A stretch of DNA of 64,000 nt, from contig NC_133621.1 in the NCBI RefSeq assembly GCF_048593235.1, forward strand, positions 85,117,148 through 85,181,147. Direction: 5' to 3'. Shown here piece by piece: positions 48,051-59,247 of the stretch (positions within the stretch are counted from its first letter, which is position 1; every line of letters begins with the position of its first letter). The DNA is from Sminthopsis crassicaudata (Eukaryota). The notes below the pieces were generated by a model. The model was not told the origin of the DNA and made no database searches. It saw only the letters and a list, made by a program, of their open reading frames with translations. The translations under genes and the position numbers were made by a program.

Positions 48051-50644
48051 TTACTATTGTTCTTGTTATAACCTTTCCCTCTTGAGTCTTCCCCAAGGTC
48101 TATGCACACAAACAGTTCGAACCTAAACTAATAAACCTGTCTTTGATGCTGCCATATCTTCAGGCTACCACCTATTCACCACAAAAACCACAAAGTCAAT
48201 ATGCAATACTGTCATAGGCTAATTATCCATTCTTTGTATTCGGTATGACCTATTGGTGGCCACTTCAAATCACTGTGAAGCAGTATCTGCAAGATTATCC
48301 TTCATGCCCAGGGTGCATAGTGTCACAATCTCATCAATAGACAGATATGAAATGGTTACAGTGTCAGAGGCCTTACATGGGTGTCATGTTCCATACATGT
48401 GCAATCCATTTACCCGTGTTCCCATGGTAGTTGGTCACAAATTCTGAACTAGAACCCAGGGATCCACTGACTCCTCAGTCAGAAGCTGTCAACTAATTTT
48501 TTAAGAACCACGCTTCTTTAAACCTTAGTCACATAAACACTAAAAGAAAGAAAGTACCAGAGTAAATGTGAATGCCTAGATTTAAAACAGCCAAACTTTG
48601 CTCTAGCAAAAAAGCATTTAGACATTAACTGGTCTTTAGACTAGTACTATATAAAAATTTGTTAAAAGTCATCCCTAAGACAAAGACGAATTTGGTTTCA
48701 ACTAAGTAGGGAAATATCCTGGTAAAGTTAAGAGATGGTGAACTACAACTACATTTTGAAAAAGAAAAATAAGCTTTATGAAGAGAAAATTTTTAAATCT
48801 CATTTCTAATGGAATATAAATTCCTTGTAGTACAGGAACTTTTTCATTTTGGCAGCTGTATCCCCAGAACCCAGTACAGTATATAGCACATAGTAGGAAT
48901 TTGTTTGATTTCTTAGAAAATTCACTTAAGAAGATATTGAACAACCAAGGTATCTTAAAAATATTTTAACTGTTTAAGTTCTAAATATGGTATTTGAATT
49001 TTGAACCTAAAAAGGTTAAGAAATGCTGCTTTAACCATGGCAGCTAAGTCTGAAAAGAAAAAGAATTCACCCAAATCTGGCAAAACATTCTATTTTTCAA
49101 GTTTATACAATCTTCCGTATTAAAGTAAACAAATTATGTAAGTTATCTTCTATGCTTCAGAAAAATATTAAGAAGAGTATCAATGACTGGTAAAACTATC
49201 CAAAAAAACATGGTCACTAGTTTAGGTAGAACATGAAAGATGAATTACCAGTGCTACATGACAGATATTCAGGTACATAAACAAAAATACAAGGGAAGAC
49301 AGGGCATTAAGACTACACAGTTACATATACAAAGGTTCCTTAAACGTCCAAAAAAAGTCAAAAGTAAGCCACCACCCTAAACTATAACCAAACACACACA
49401 TACCCACACACCAAAGGAAAAAAAAAAAAAAAAAAACACCATAAAAAGCATTTTATGTTTCTATTGTTTCCCAAAGTACCTAGAATAATTGTAAATTCAC
49501 TAATTCACTTAAAATAGATTTAGTATCTATTACATGCGAAAGCACTGTTCTAATAACATTAAAGTACTATGAATCAATGATAAATACGGAAAAGTAGAAT
49601 GAGCTCCACTGAATTCTCATCTAGCAAACAGCCTTGCACACTGTAGGCATTTAATGGTTGCTAAACTGTAATAGAACTGGCAATGTAGTTGGATGATCCA
49701 CAACTGTAATCATAATTCTATTAGATGAAAAGTGCTTGAGATAGAAAATGAAATAGAGAGCACTGCTAGGGACAGTCAAAAAAGAGAAAGACAATTAAAA
49801 TGGTAGAGTTGGGAAGTTGTCAAGGAATAAGGGAAGGCTTCCAGAAAGGGGAACCATTTGAGCTCGGTTTATTAAAAGGTATGTATGGAACTTTACTTGT
49901 AGGTACTCTCCCACCTCTCTACTGAATGTTCATTTATCTGCTGCTTAAAATAAAAGGATAAAAATAAATTACACAATAAACCATCAACATGTTTCTGGGC
50001 TTGTCCTTTTCCAATCATAGACAAATACAAATATCTTTCTCTTAAGTTATCACAATCTTTTTATAATTCTGTTCTTTACACCTTTCACTCAAAGGTTTAT
50101 CAAAACCACAGAGCATCATAAGAAAGCATCTAGACTCTGGTGTGGGGTTTGTGAATAGAATGCCATAAAGGCCATGACATCCTGCTGTATCATAACACAA
50201 CTTTTCCACTATATTATATATTGTAATGCAATACCACTCAAACTGCTGATACCAATGGTTTGGCATGCCTTTACCATAATGCCGACATTTCATTCCCATC
50301 ATTTCAGCACAAATAGAAAATAAAAACACCATGCCTTCAAGGGCACTAGTGGTGGGTACTTAGCTTTAGAAAGTAAAGCCTTAATTTTTGTGGGTAGTTC
50401 ATTGACTCCAGGTGATGAAACACATTTCCCTTCTTTCAGTACAAAGATGGGCAATTATGTATAAGGTATAATGCACATGCTGTCATGCTTCCTTGTCTTG
50501 GCTAGTTTTGCTCAACGGTATTTCCTTTGTTACAAGAAAGGGTTCAATTTGGGGTACTGGGTTAATCAAGTAGGGTTAATATGGATAAATGAAATGTGGT
50601 ATGAAAAACAAAAGGCATCCATCTGAAATAAAAGTAAACTGTAC

Positions 50645-50790
50645 AATAGAAGTATCATAGCATAATGGATAGGGCTAACCCTATAGTCAGAAAGACCTGG
50701 ATTCAAGCGCTCCTTCTAACACAGAAGCTATATGATCATGCTGAGTAACTTAACCCCTTCAGTATTTCCAGATGATTCTCTAAAACTACA
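50645..50790 (+). mobile_element. MIR fragment
   Basis: gtcagaaagacctggattcaagcgctcc...gagtaacttaacccc. Confidence 0.65.
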
Positions 50791-51521
50791 GGAGAGAAAG
50801 AAAAGAGAAAGACACATATTCAGGCCCTATTTTGTATGATGTCTGAACTTAAAAGGGGGTAAGTCCAAATCCTTGGCAAAATGAATCACCTAAGATGTAG
50901 AAATGTAGAACATTTAATGCACCTGCCTGAATTAAACCACTAGTACCTATCTAAAAAGAAAGAAAAAGCACAGTGATAAATGAATATGCTGAATATGCAA
51001 TCAATGGATATTTTTGCTTGGCTTTGGTCAAAAAAGATTTTTGGCCTTAGTAAGCTAAATTTAACAAGTTATCAATGATCCTATGATCAGATGAGGCTAC
51101 TAAATAATTTTGTGGCTTTTCTCCTCTATAAATAAAAAATTCCAGGGATACTGAAGAGGTTAGTCATGTAGCCAACATTTCACACTATCTATGTCTCCAG
51201 GATCACTATTAACATAATGATGACCCTGAGTAATCAATAAAAGATTAAATGATGCTTAGTATACTTTAAGAAGGCAGTAAACTTATATGGCAAGTTTTAA
51301 AAGTTGAATAAAATACTTGGGCACTAAAAGTTAACTCAATTTTCAAAAGGTCAGCCATCAGAACTTATTTCTGGAAGGCTTCAAAGGCAAATAAGACTTT
51401 TTTTTTTAATTGCTATTTGTGGGTTGTTTTTTTTTTTTCCAACTAATCCTAAGCAGAGGATTTTACTCAAAATCTGAACAATGAGCAACTCTCTGACCTT
51501 CTTAAAAGATGAATAAAATAC

Positions 51522-51638
51522 CTCTTCAGATTCAGGAGCGGCTTGGGAATCAGCCATCTCCTTTAATTCATCTTCAGCCACATAGTCTTGCTCTTGCATT
51601 CCTTGCGGCCCACCATAAGACTGCATGTATTCTTCATC
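51522..51638 (-). CDS. RBM33: RBM33 in-frame 117-nt exon DEEYMQSYGGPQGMQEQDYVAEDELKEMADSQAAPESEE (probable cassette exon)
   Basis: Lies within ORF 51381..51626(-). Acceptor ggctattAG|GATGAA, donor GAAGAG|GTATTT; symmetric phase 0/0. Resembles the DEEY...YGG segment I recall from the long mouse Rbm33 protein. Confidence 0.85.
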
Positions 51639-52238
51639 CTAATAGCCATTAAAGAGAAAAGTTTTTCTCACGCATCTTTTTGGTTTTTAAAACATGTTAT
51701 CATCATGAATCATGCTGTCATTCCAGTAAACTTTTCTGGGAATAATGTACCTAAAGCCAAGTTCAAACAATATAAAGGCGATGTCAAATAGGTAGTAAAT
51801 GAGAATTATATCATGTCATGCTGCCTAAATACTGAATTTTGAAATAATGATATAGAGTACCCTGTTTGACAACTCATACTTTTTCTTCCATGTCCAATAC
51901 TAAGGGAAAGAGTCAGCTCTTTATGTTCAAATGGAAACTATGTAAGTACCTTCAAATAGAAATGAATAAAACATTAAGACAACTAACTAGAAGTCAACTT
52001 TCAATTGCCTGTATAAATATAATCCAAGTCTACAAATTCAATTCTGTTCAACAAGCATTCATTAAAAGCCTACTATGTGATGCAAGGCTTTATTACTATT
52101 TTAGCCATTAGTTTCAATTCACATTCTGCGGCGGCAAATCTTTTTGGTGTCCCTAGCCACTCTTCAGCAAACAGTAAAATGACATAAAGCTAAATAACAT
52201 GACAGGAAAAGTAAGCAAGCTAAACAATATATTAACTA

Positions 52239-52312
52239 AGGGCAGCTAGGTGGCGCAGTGGATAGAGCACCAGCCTTGAATTCAGGAGGACCCAAGTTCA
52301 AATCTGATCTCA
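52239..52312 (+). mobile_element. WSINE1-type SINE 5' half; the rest falls in the N gap 52313-52440
   Basis: gggcagctaggtggcgcagtggatagagcaccagccttgaattcaggaggacccaagttcaaatc. It keeps the head CpG, so it is likely young. Confidence 0.9.
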
Positions 52313-53577
52313 NNNNNNNNNNNNNNNNNNNNNNNNNNNNNNNNNNNNNNNNNNNNNNNNNNNNNNNNNNNNNNNNNNNNNNNNNNNNNNNNNNNNNNNN
52401 NNNNNNNNNNNNNNNNNNNNNNNNNNNNNNNNNNNNNNNNAATCAGTTCTTGAATAAGTGAGAATTAGTTATATCTTCTAGTTTCTTCAACATTAAAAAT
52501 AAATGTGACTTATGTACCAAAATTCCTCCCCCTATATCCCAAGACTATTTCATTTCACAGTTTTTCCCTTTTTAGAAAATAGTAATGTGATCCAATTAAT
52601 CACAATCCATATCATTAGATATTATTCACAATAAATACTATTTTAGGAGCTCTGAACAAAGTAAAATTGTATTTTTAGCCAAGACATAAAGGAATATAGT
52701 TCAATTACCTTGGTACTCCATAAATATAATATCTAATACTCTCTACATCTAAAATGTCATACAAAATTCACTTTTTCTAAAATGTCACGCTAATATCAAT
52801 AGAGGTCCTAAATAACATTTTACAAAAGATCAGAAAATCTAATGACCATGCCCAGTTAATAATAAATGTAATTACTACAGTTACCCTAAACTAGACCAAA
52901 AACCTAACTTAGAAGTCACAATTTCACTGAATAATAAATTCACAAATTCAGTCTGATACCCAAACTTTTGCAAATTTTGATATTGATAGTCTTGTACCTC
53001 CATCTTGTCCTAAATCTTTAGTGCCAAGCATTTCCTCCTGATTTTATGGCCAAATACCAGCACTTGGCAAATAGGCAAATACCTAAAATGAGTAACACTT
53101 CAGTAGCAGAACTAATACTGCTTTTGCTATGCAGACCCTTATTTAATTTTATAAAATCCATTATTAATTTTCTTCAATATTATGACAGCATTTTACATAT
53201 ACCCTTACCCAACCAGGATATTTTCACTGTTAAGCAAACACCGAACATATTTCACTAAGTTTTATGTACTGCCTTAAACTCCCACATTTAAAAAAAAAAA
53301 AAAAACAGGGAATAACAAGTATCAGAAAATCCATTTTTTTTTAATTACATCATCCATAAAATTAAAATAAAAGTGTTAAGGGTGCTCTGAGACTGGCGAA
53401 AGAATCGGCTAAACTGTTTAAAGCTTATTTTACATAGGAACTTATGACAATTTTATTGCCAAGACTAGAGATCTTAGACTAAAAGTCAATAAAGTCAAAT
53501 TCAATTTGAGAATCCTGTCTTTTCCTAAAGAGAATTATAGAATTTTAGAGGTGGAAATGGACCTTAAACATTATCTA

Positions 53578-53796
53578 TAGGGGTTCTTAAGCTAGGGTAT
53601 ATGGAAAGATTTTTGAGGAAAAAAAGGGGAGTCAGTGAATTTGTTTAGGAAAAAAACTGCATTTTTATTTTCACTAATTGACATTTAGCTTTCCCTTTAA
53701 TTTTGAATGTAGGCAACAAACAATATTCTGAGAAGAGATCATGAGACTTAATCAGAACAACAACAACAAAAAAAAGGTTATGGTTAAGAACCATTG
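53578..53796. mobile_element. hAT (Charlie/MER5-like) non-autonomous DNA transposon nested in a MIR
   Basis: Terminal inverted repeats taggggttcttaa / ttaagaaccattg; the flanks (tagaattttagaggtggaaatggacc... and ...gtctaatataactccctcattttac) join into a MIR antisense sequence. Target-site duplication not clearly resolved. Confidence 0.65.
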
Positions 53797-55354
53797 GTCT
53801 AATATAACTCCCTCATTTTACAAACAAAGAAACTAAGTCAAACAGTCTCTAAATCAAAATAATTTAGCACATTTAAAAGATCTCAAAGTTAAAATCATAG
53901 TTCTCTTCCCTCTTTCCTTTAAGAAAACAATTTAAAAGGACAAACTTTTACTCTACCACAGTTTCTAAACTACAATCCAGGAGATATGACTATAGGGTCA
54001 GGAAAAATTCAAGGCTAGCTTCCTTCAGATACTCAGGGACGGGAAAAGATGTCTTGATGACAGCAGTGGAACTAGATTACCAATGAAGGAAGACGAATAA
54101 ACCATATGGAAAGATAATCAGTCAGAATAAGTTTTGAAGCAAGGATTGAAGGGCTGAGAAGAAAACCAATCACCAAAAAACCAAAAAGAGCTCCAAATGC
54201 CCAGAAAATGCTACTACAGACCCCATCATCCCTCTCGCCCCCAAACAGCAATTCTATTTCCTCTCCATCTATCCATAATCCCTCATTCATTCACAACAAC
54301 TTCTTAATCATTCCCTGAACCAACCAATTTCACTAACCCCACCACTACTGCTTCATCATCTGTTCCCATTCACACAATTTGTTCCCTTCCTCAATGCACA
54401 CCTAGCTAAAATTTTGGAGTTTCATCATTAAAACGAGCACTGTTTAAAGACAGAGACTTTAATATATGCAGATGTTCACATTAGGAGTCAAATATTAAGC
54501 ACAATTATTTAAAATATATAGGCTATGCCACCTTTATCTGACATAATAACCCATAACTTCTTTTAAAACTCAAGTTATATCTAAACAATTCCACTTCAAT
54601 ACTATCGAAGACAGAGGAATGGACTTAATGACCACTGTTGCAATACCTGAAAATAGGTAAAATTTTATTACAAATATGATCCCTGTTTTTGATATTAAAC
54701 TTCATATAACTATTTAGACATTTCTTTGTAACCTCAAAACATGTGAAAATAACATAATTTTATTGATGTTAACAAGAAAAACCACAAGTATTTCTTTTTC
54801 CAAAATTAAAATCAACACAATCTCTGCCACCTTGATGGGAGATAACAAATTATGTGAGGGACATTTTCTAAACTAACCTCTAATCTCTTTATTCTGTTTT
54901 AGACAGTTCTCAGCTACAAAAAGATGAATGAGCAGGACATCAATCACTTTGGAATATTAGCACCTTAAAGATGTCTTTAGCAGGTCAATAATCTTTTCAC
55001 CTTGGAAGGACTTTATCAGATCTTGTCTAAAGCCTGGATAAAAAGCTTCTGCATTAAGTACTTTTAACAATTGGCAGTGTATCTCTACCACACAAAGCTG
55101 TTTTCTTCCTTATGGACACAATCCTCAAGGTCATGATTCTCAGCAGCTTTCCAGTATGACAAAGAAGCATTACCTACCGCCGAACAAGCTGTCAACCTAA
55201 ACTTTGTCATAGCCTAGATAAAGAAACTGGCAGACAGTGATAATAGGTCTAATTTCCCTCTCTCCCAAAGGAAGTAAATAGATTTCAAATCAGTCTAAAA
55301 ACCTATGCAAGGAAAGAAATGTTATCTTTGGAAGTACAAAAGAAAAAGACTCAC

Positions 55355-55667
55355 TGGAAATTCATCTAGAGGTTCATTGATTTCAATGTCTAGCACTTCA
55401 TCATTGTCAATTTCTTCCTCCCCTTGTTCTTCCACATATTCTATTTGGTCTTCTGTCAACTCAGCATCATGGCCTTCATACTGTTCTTCTTCAGTATAAT
55501 CTTGAGGGTACAACTCAGATCCATCAGATTTGTGATAAATCATTTCATCCTCTCCTTGTTCATATTCCGATTCATGTTCTACAGACTGATCATTAGTATT
55601 GTCGGAGAGTTCAAATGATGTAACCATGCCAGATGTAGTATTAAGACTAATTGTGACACCCTGAGAA
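55355..55667 (-). CDS. RBM33: RBM33 coding exon, 313 nt, acidic region SSQGVTISLNTTSGMVTSFELSDN...DEVLDIEINEPLDEFP
   Basis: Lies within ORF 55322..55690(-). Acceptor gtccgctctAG|TTCTCAG, donor TTTCCA|GTGAGT; phase 2 in, phase 0 out. Confidence 0.96.
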
Positions 55668-57205
55668 CTAGAGCGGACAAACACATACAAAATTAGACTT
55701 TAACACAAGAAGTTTATCAATTATTTGCTACAAAGACTTAAACCATATCTAGTAAGACTTTAACACAAACAGGCAAATGATTAATATTTTCTTAAGCAAT
55801 GACCTAAAATGAAATTTCACATAGTGTATGATTCATTTCAATAAATCCAAGCTTCTCTCCCTCTCTATCCCGCTCCCCTCATCAGCTGCAGGCTATTTGA
55901 TCAAGATAATCAAATCAACCAGATGGTCTAACTGATATATATGGCAAAAATCCATCCTGATAGCTGAAAAGATTAAGCCCATTTCAGAATAAAAAGTAAA
56001 GGAAATTGCTAAAACTAATTTTTTTCAAATATTTTGAATCAAAAACTAAATAGAGTATACCATTAAAAGAAATATTTTTATTTTAAATACTTCTAAGCTT
56101 AATATTTTAAAAGTAGGATTTATACAATAACTAATTCCCTGTATCTATTACAAACTTTCAAGCATTTTAAAACTTACCTGTAATAAAACCTATTTCTGAG
56201 CACATCTAAGATTAAAAATATTGATAATTTTCAGCCCAGAAAATCAGTTCATTCCACTCAACATTGCAATAATAGAATTATTAAAAGCAGAAAATAATCA
56301 TTTTACATAAAGAATCATAAAAGATAAAATAGGAAAAAGTCAAATGTCAATTTTTTTTAAATCCTATAAGTAATACTTTAAAAATATGAATAAATTTTAT
56401 TCCACATGATGTTTTAATATACCATATGAACACTGAAAATTCTGAAATAAAGAAATTCAGAAAAAAAGTAACTTGTCTTGGAAAAAAACAGAACATATTG
56501 TTAATATTCAAGCAAAAAATTAAATAACAAATATATACTGAACTATAAAAGTTAAATATGGCTTAAAATACATTCAAGATAACAAAAATACACAGCACCA
56601 TAACAAAATACAAGACTTACTTTTCTATACTAATAACTGAGTGTTAAATTCTTTCCCAAAGACTTTTCCCTTAAAAACTTAACAAAAAGTTAGTAAATAA
56701 TAAGATTACAGGGTAACAATGACCATAATAAAACATATTATGAATATGAAGGCACATTTCTAAAATGTTCATCCTTAACAAAACTAAAATAGTAAAGAAA
56801 GGTATTAAGAGAGAACCATCACAGGTCATTAGCTACAATTTATGTTAAATGGTTAAGATAACAGTATCATATATATTTTCAAAAATTTCATACATTTGTT
56901 TATCCTCACTCAATATCCCAATAAAGTAATTCAATTTGAAATTTTCCTTAAATTTAAAAAATAATCTGTTTAAATATACCATATAAACATAAATATGCAG
57001 GCTACATATTTATAAGTTAGAGAATATATAAACAGATTTTAAAATATTCATTTGGACACAATCATCAGAACTTTTTAGGCATCATTTTAAGTGTATGACT
57101 CTGTCATGGAGTTTTAAGCATATAATGTATATATTCATACAAACACAAACTCTTTTCTTTACTCAAATTAAATGAAAATGTAAAAAACTGAATTTAATAA
57201 ATTAC

Positions 57206-57282
57206 CTGAAATTTAGTTCATCTTCATTATCACTCTGCAAAAGATCATCATTCAGTTCTTCATCTGACAAATCTGACTGATT
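57206..57282 (-). CDS. RBM33: RBM33 coding exon, 77 nt: NQSDLSDEELNDDLLQSDNEDELNF(S)
   Basis: Acceptor tttcatccAG|AATCAG, donor TTCAG|GTAATT; phase 0 in, phase 2 out. Confidence 0.95.
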
Positions 57283-57409
57283 CTGGATGAAAAACCAATG
57301 ATTAGTATTTGTCTTCATAAAGGAGAAACTCAAAGAAATTACAAAAATGACTAATTTATAATAATTGCATTTATCTTAATCTTTTGCAATTTAAACATGT
57401 CATCTAAAT

Positions 57410-57600
57410 ATAAAAATCATGGGACTAATGATTTAGAAGTCCCAACTCTTTTATTTTAAGGATGAAGAAATGAAACCCTCATTTCCACTTAAGTAACTTT
57501 TCCAAGATCCCTAAGTGGCGCTGCCTGAATTTCTAAACCTAGGACCTTGGATATCAGATCCAACACATTTTCCACAGCACTACGAGTATGCCAGCTAATT
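57410..57600 (-). mobile_element. MIR fragment
   Basis: ttattttaaggatgaagaaatgaaacc...ttccaagatc matches the MIR core, antisense. Confidence 0.65.
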
Positions 57601-58315
57601 GACTAAACAAATTTCTAGGTTCCAAAAGAAGCCAAACATTGAGAAATAAAATTGGAGTTCAACAATTATCCTAAGTTTAAGAAACTACTAAGACAAAGAC
57701 AAAATGAAAACTGTCCTTGACCTCATTAAGTTTTAATTTCTATTTAAGTAAGTAAGCACATACACAAATATATGTGAACAATCTGATTTGATTAGGGGGA
57801 GGGGAGAGAGTTTGGAAAGGGGAGGAAAAAATTGCAAGATTTGGGAAATAGTACAAAATCAGACAAAAGCTAGTTGAAGCCAGATTTGAGGTCTCTTAAA
57901 TAATCTCCTTGAATTGTTTCTTTTTTGTCCTAAAAAGGCAGTAATGGGACAGATATGTCCTTAACAAACGTATTTTGGTAGTATTGTGGAAGATGGGAAA
58001 AACTTGAAACAGAAAAATCAATTAGGAGCTATTAAAATAGGCCAGTCAAGAATGATAAGGGCCTGAACTAGAATAGCAACTATATGATTTGAGAGGGTTC
58101 CAAAGATGTTATTCAAATATAAAATTTAACAAATAGCTGTTACAAGGTAATGACTCAATAGTTTTGGAACATCTCTAACATTTAGGAATTTTTCTTTCCC
58201 TCATTATCTCTTGCCTTCTTCCATTTATAATTCAATGATTTCCTGTCAATTTTTAAATACTATATTACTGCATATGCACAGTGAATACTTAGAAAAGAAG
58301 GCAATGTTCACTCAA

Positions 58316-58660
58316 AGCTAGCATGGGTTCATCAGGGATAAATCATGCAAGTTTATGCTAATGTCATTTTTGACAAGATTACTACTCTGATACCAAAGAA
58401 CACCAATGCATTTAACAACATGTAGAGGGTGAAGAAGAAAAAAGACAAAGGTAATAAGGAATTTAAGTGATAAATGTGACTGGGAAGATGACAATACTCC
58501 CAAAAGAAATAGGCTAAATTTCAGGGAGATAAGAAATATTTCTGTTTCAGGAGCTCAAACACTGAATTTAGAATGCTAATGGAAACTACAATAAATAATT
58601 CTAGATGTAGGAACAGGATAGGATGCACAAGAAGGATCAGGGTTCAATTGAGAGTCAAAT
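58316..58660 (+). mobile_element. CR1/L3 RT-region fragment
   Basis: gcatgggttcatcagggataaatcatgcaag...tttttgacaagattact matches the CR1 QHGF-K-RSC region. Confidence 0.7.
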
Positions 58661-59198
58661 GTGCAGAGATGGATATTTTATATTTCCTTGTTCATGCATT
58701 TCCAATGCTATCATATTTAAGAATAAATATATCTATTTGGTTCAAAAGTATGGTATGGAAAAAATTTGCTATCAAATGCTTTCCTGGAGTTTTTCTATAT
58801 CTAAAGAATATCCTTAATCATTCTAGTAACCTTGTCAGAAATGAAATTAGTTAATACTCCAAATTTAGTTTTACACATAACTTTTCAAATATGATTTCTG
58901 GAATTTTGGCCTTGTATGGAGGAAAGGAAGTCCATAAGTCTGATTTCATCATGGTAGGGAACGACACTCCCTTGTATAAATTTGAATAGCAGAACTATTA
59001 TTTAACCTAAGTATTAAGTTGTCTGTGACAGAGATGACACCAATGACTTACCTACCCAGAGTCACATAACTAGAATGGAGCTGAGATACCTTCCTGACTC
59101 CAAAGGGAAACCCTTTATCCTTATGGCACATTGATTCTCACTATTGAAAATAAATTAAACTTCAAGGACTCGCTTTCAAAAAGAATCTTGTTTCTTAC

Positions 59199-59247
59199 CT
59201 TTTTGCCAGACAGCAAATCTTCTCCAAGCAAATCATCTTCAAGTTCA
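59199..59247 (-). CDS. RBM33: RBM33 coding exon, 49 nt: (S)ELEDDLLGEDLLSGKK
   Basis: Acceptor tttttcttAG|TGAACTT, donor AAAAAG|GTAAGA; phase 2 in, phase 0 out. Confidence 0.95.

Noticed and set aside
50042-50332. 96-aa minus-strand ORF in non-repetitive sequence; also checked as a possible snoRNA
   Set aside because: No recognisable homology, no bracketing splice sites that fit RBM33 phases, and no proper C/D or H/ACA box pair. It may be conserved non-coding DNA, but I cannot support a call.
52123-52152. Possible 30-nt in-frame microexon (GHQKDLPPQN) with two CpGs
   Set aside because: The acceptor region is purine-rich (gaagagtggctAG) and the donor AAT|GTGAAT is weak.
57507-57522. CTCF-like tccctaagtggcgctg
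   Set aside because: Only 11 of 14 core positions match, and it derives from a mutated MIR segment.
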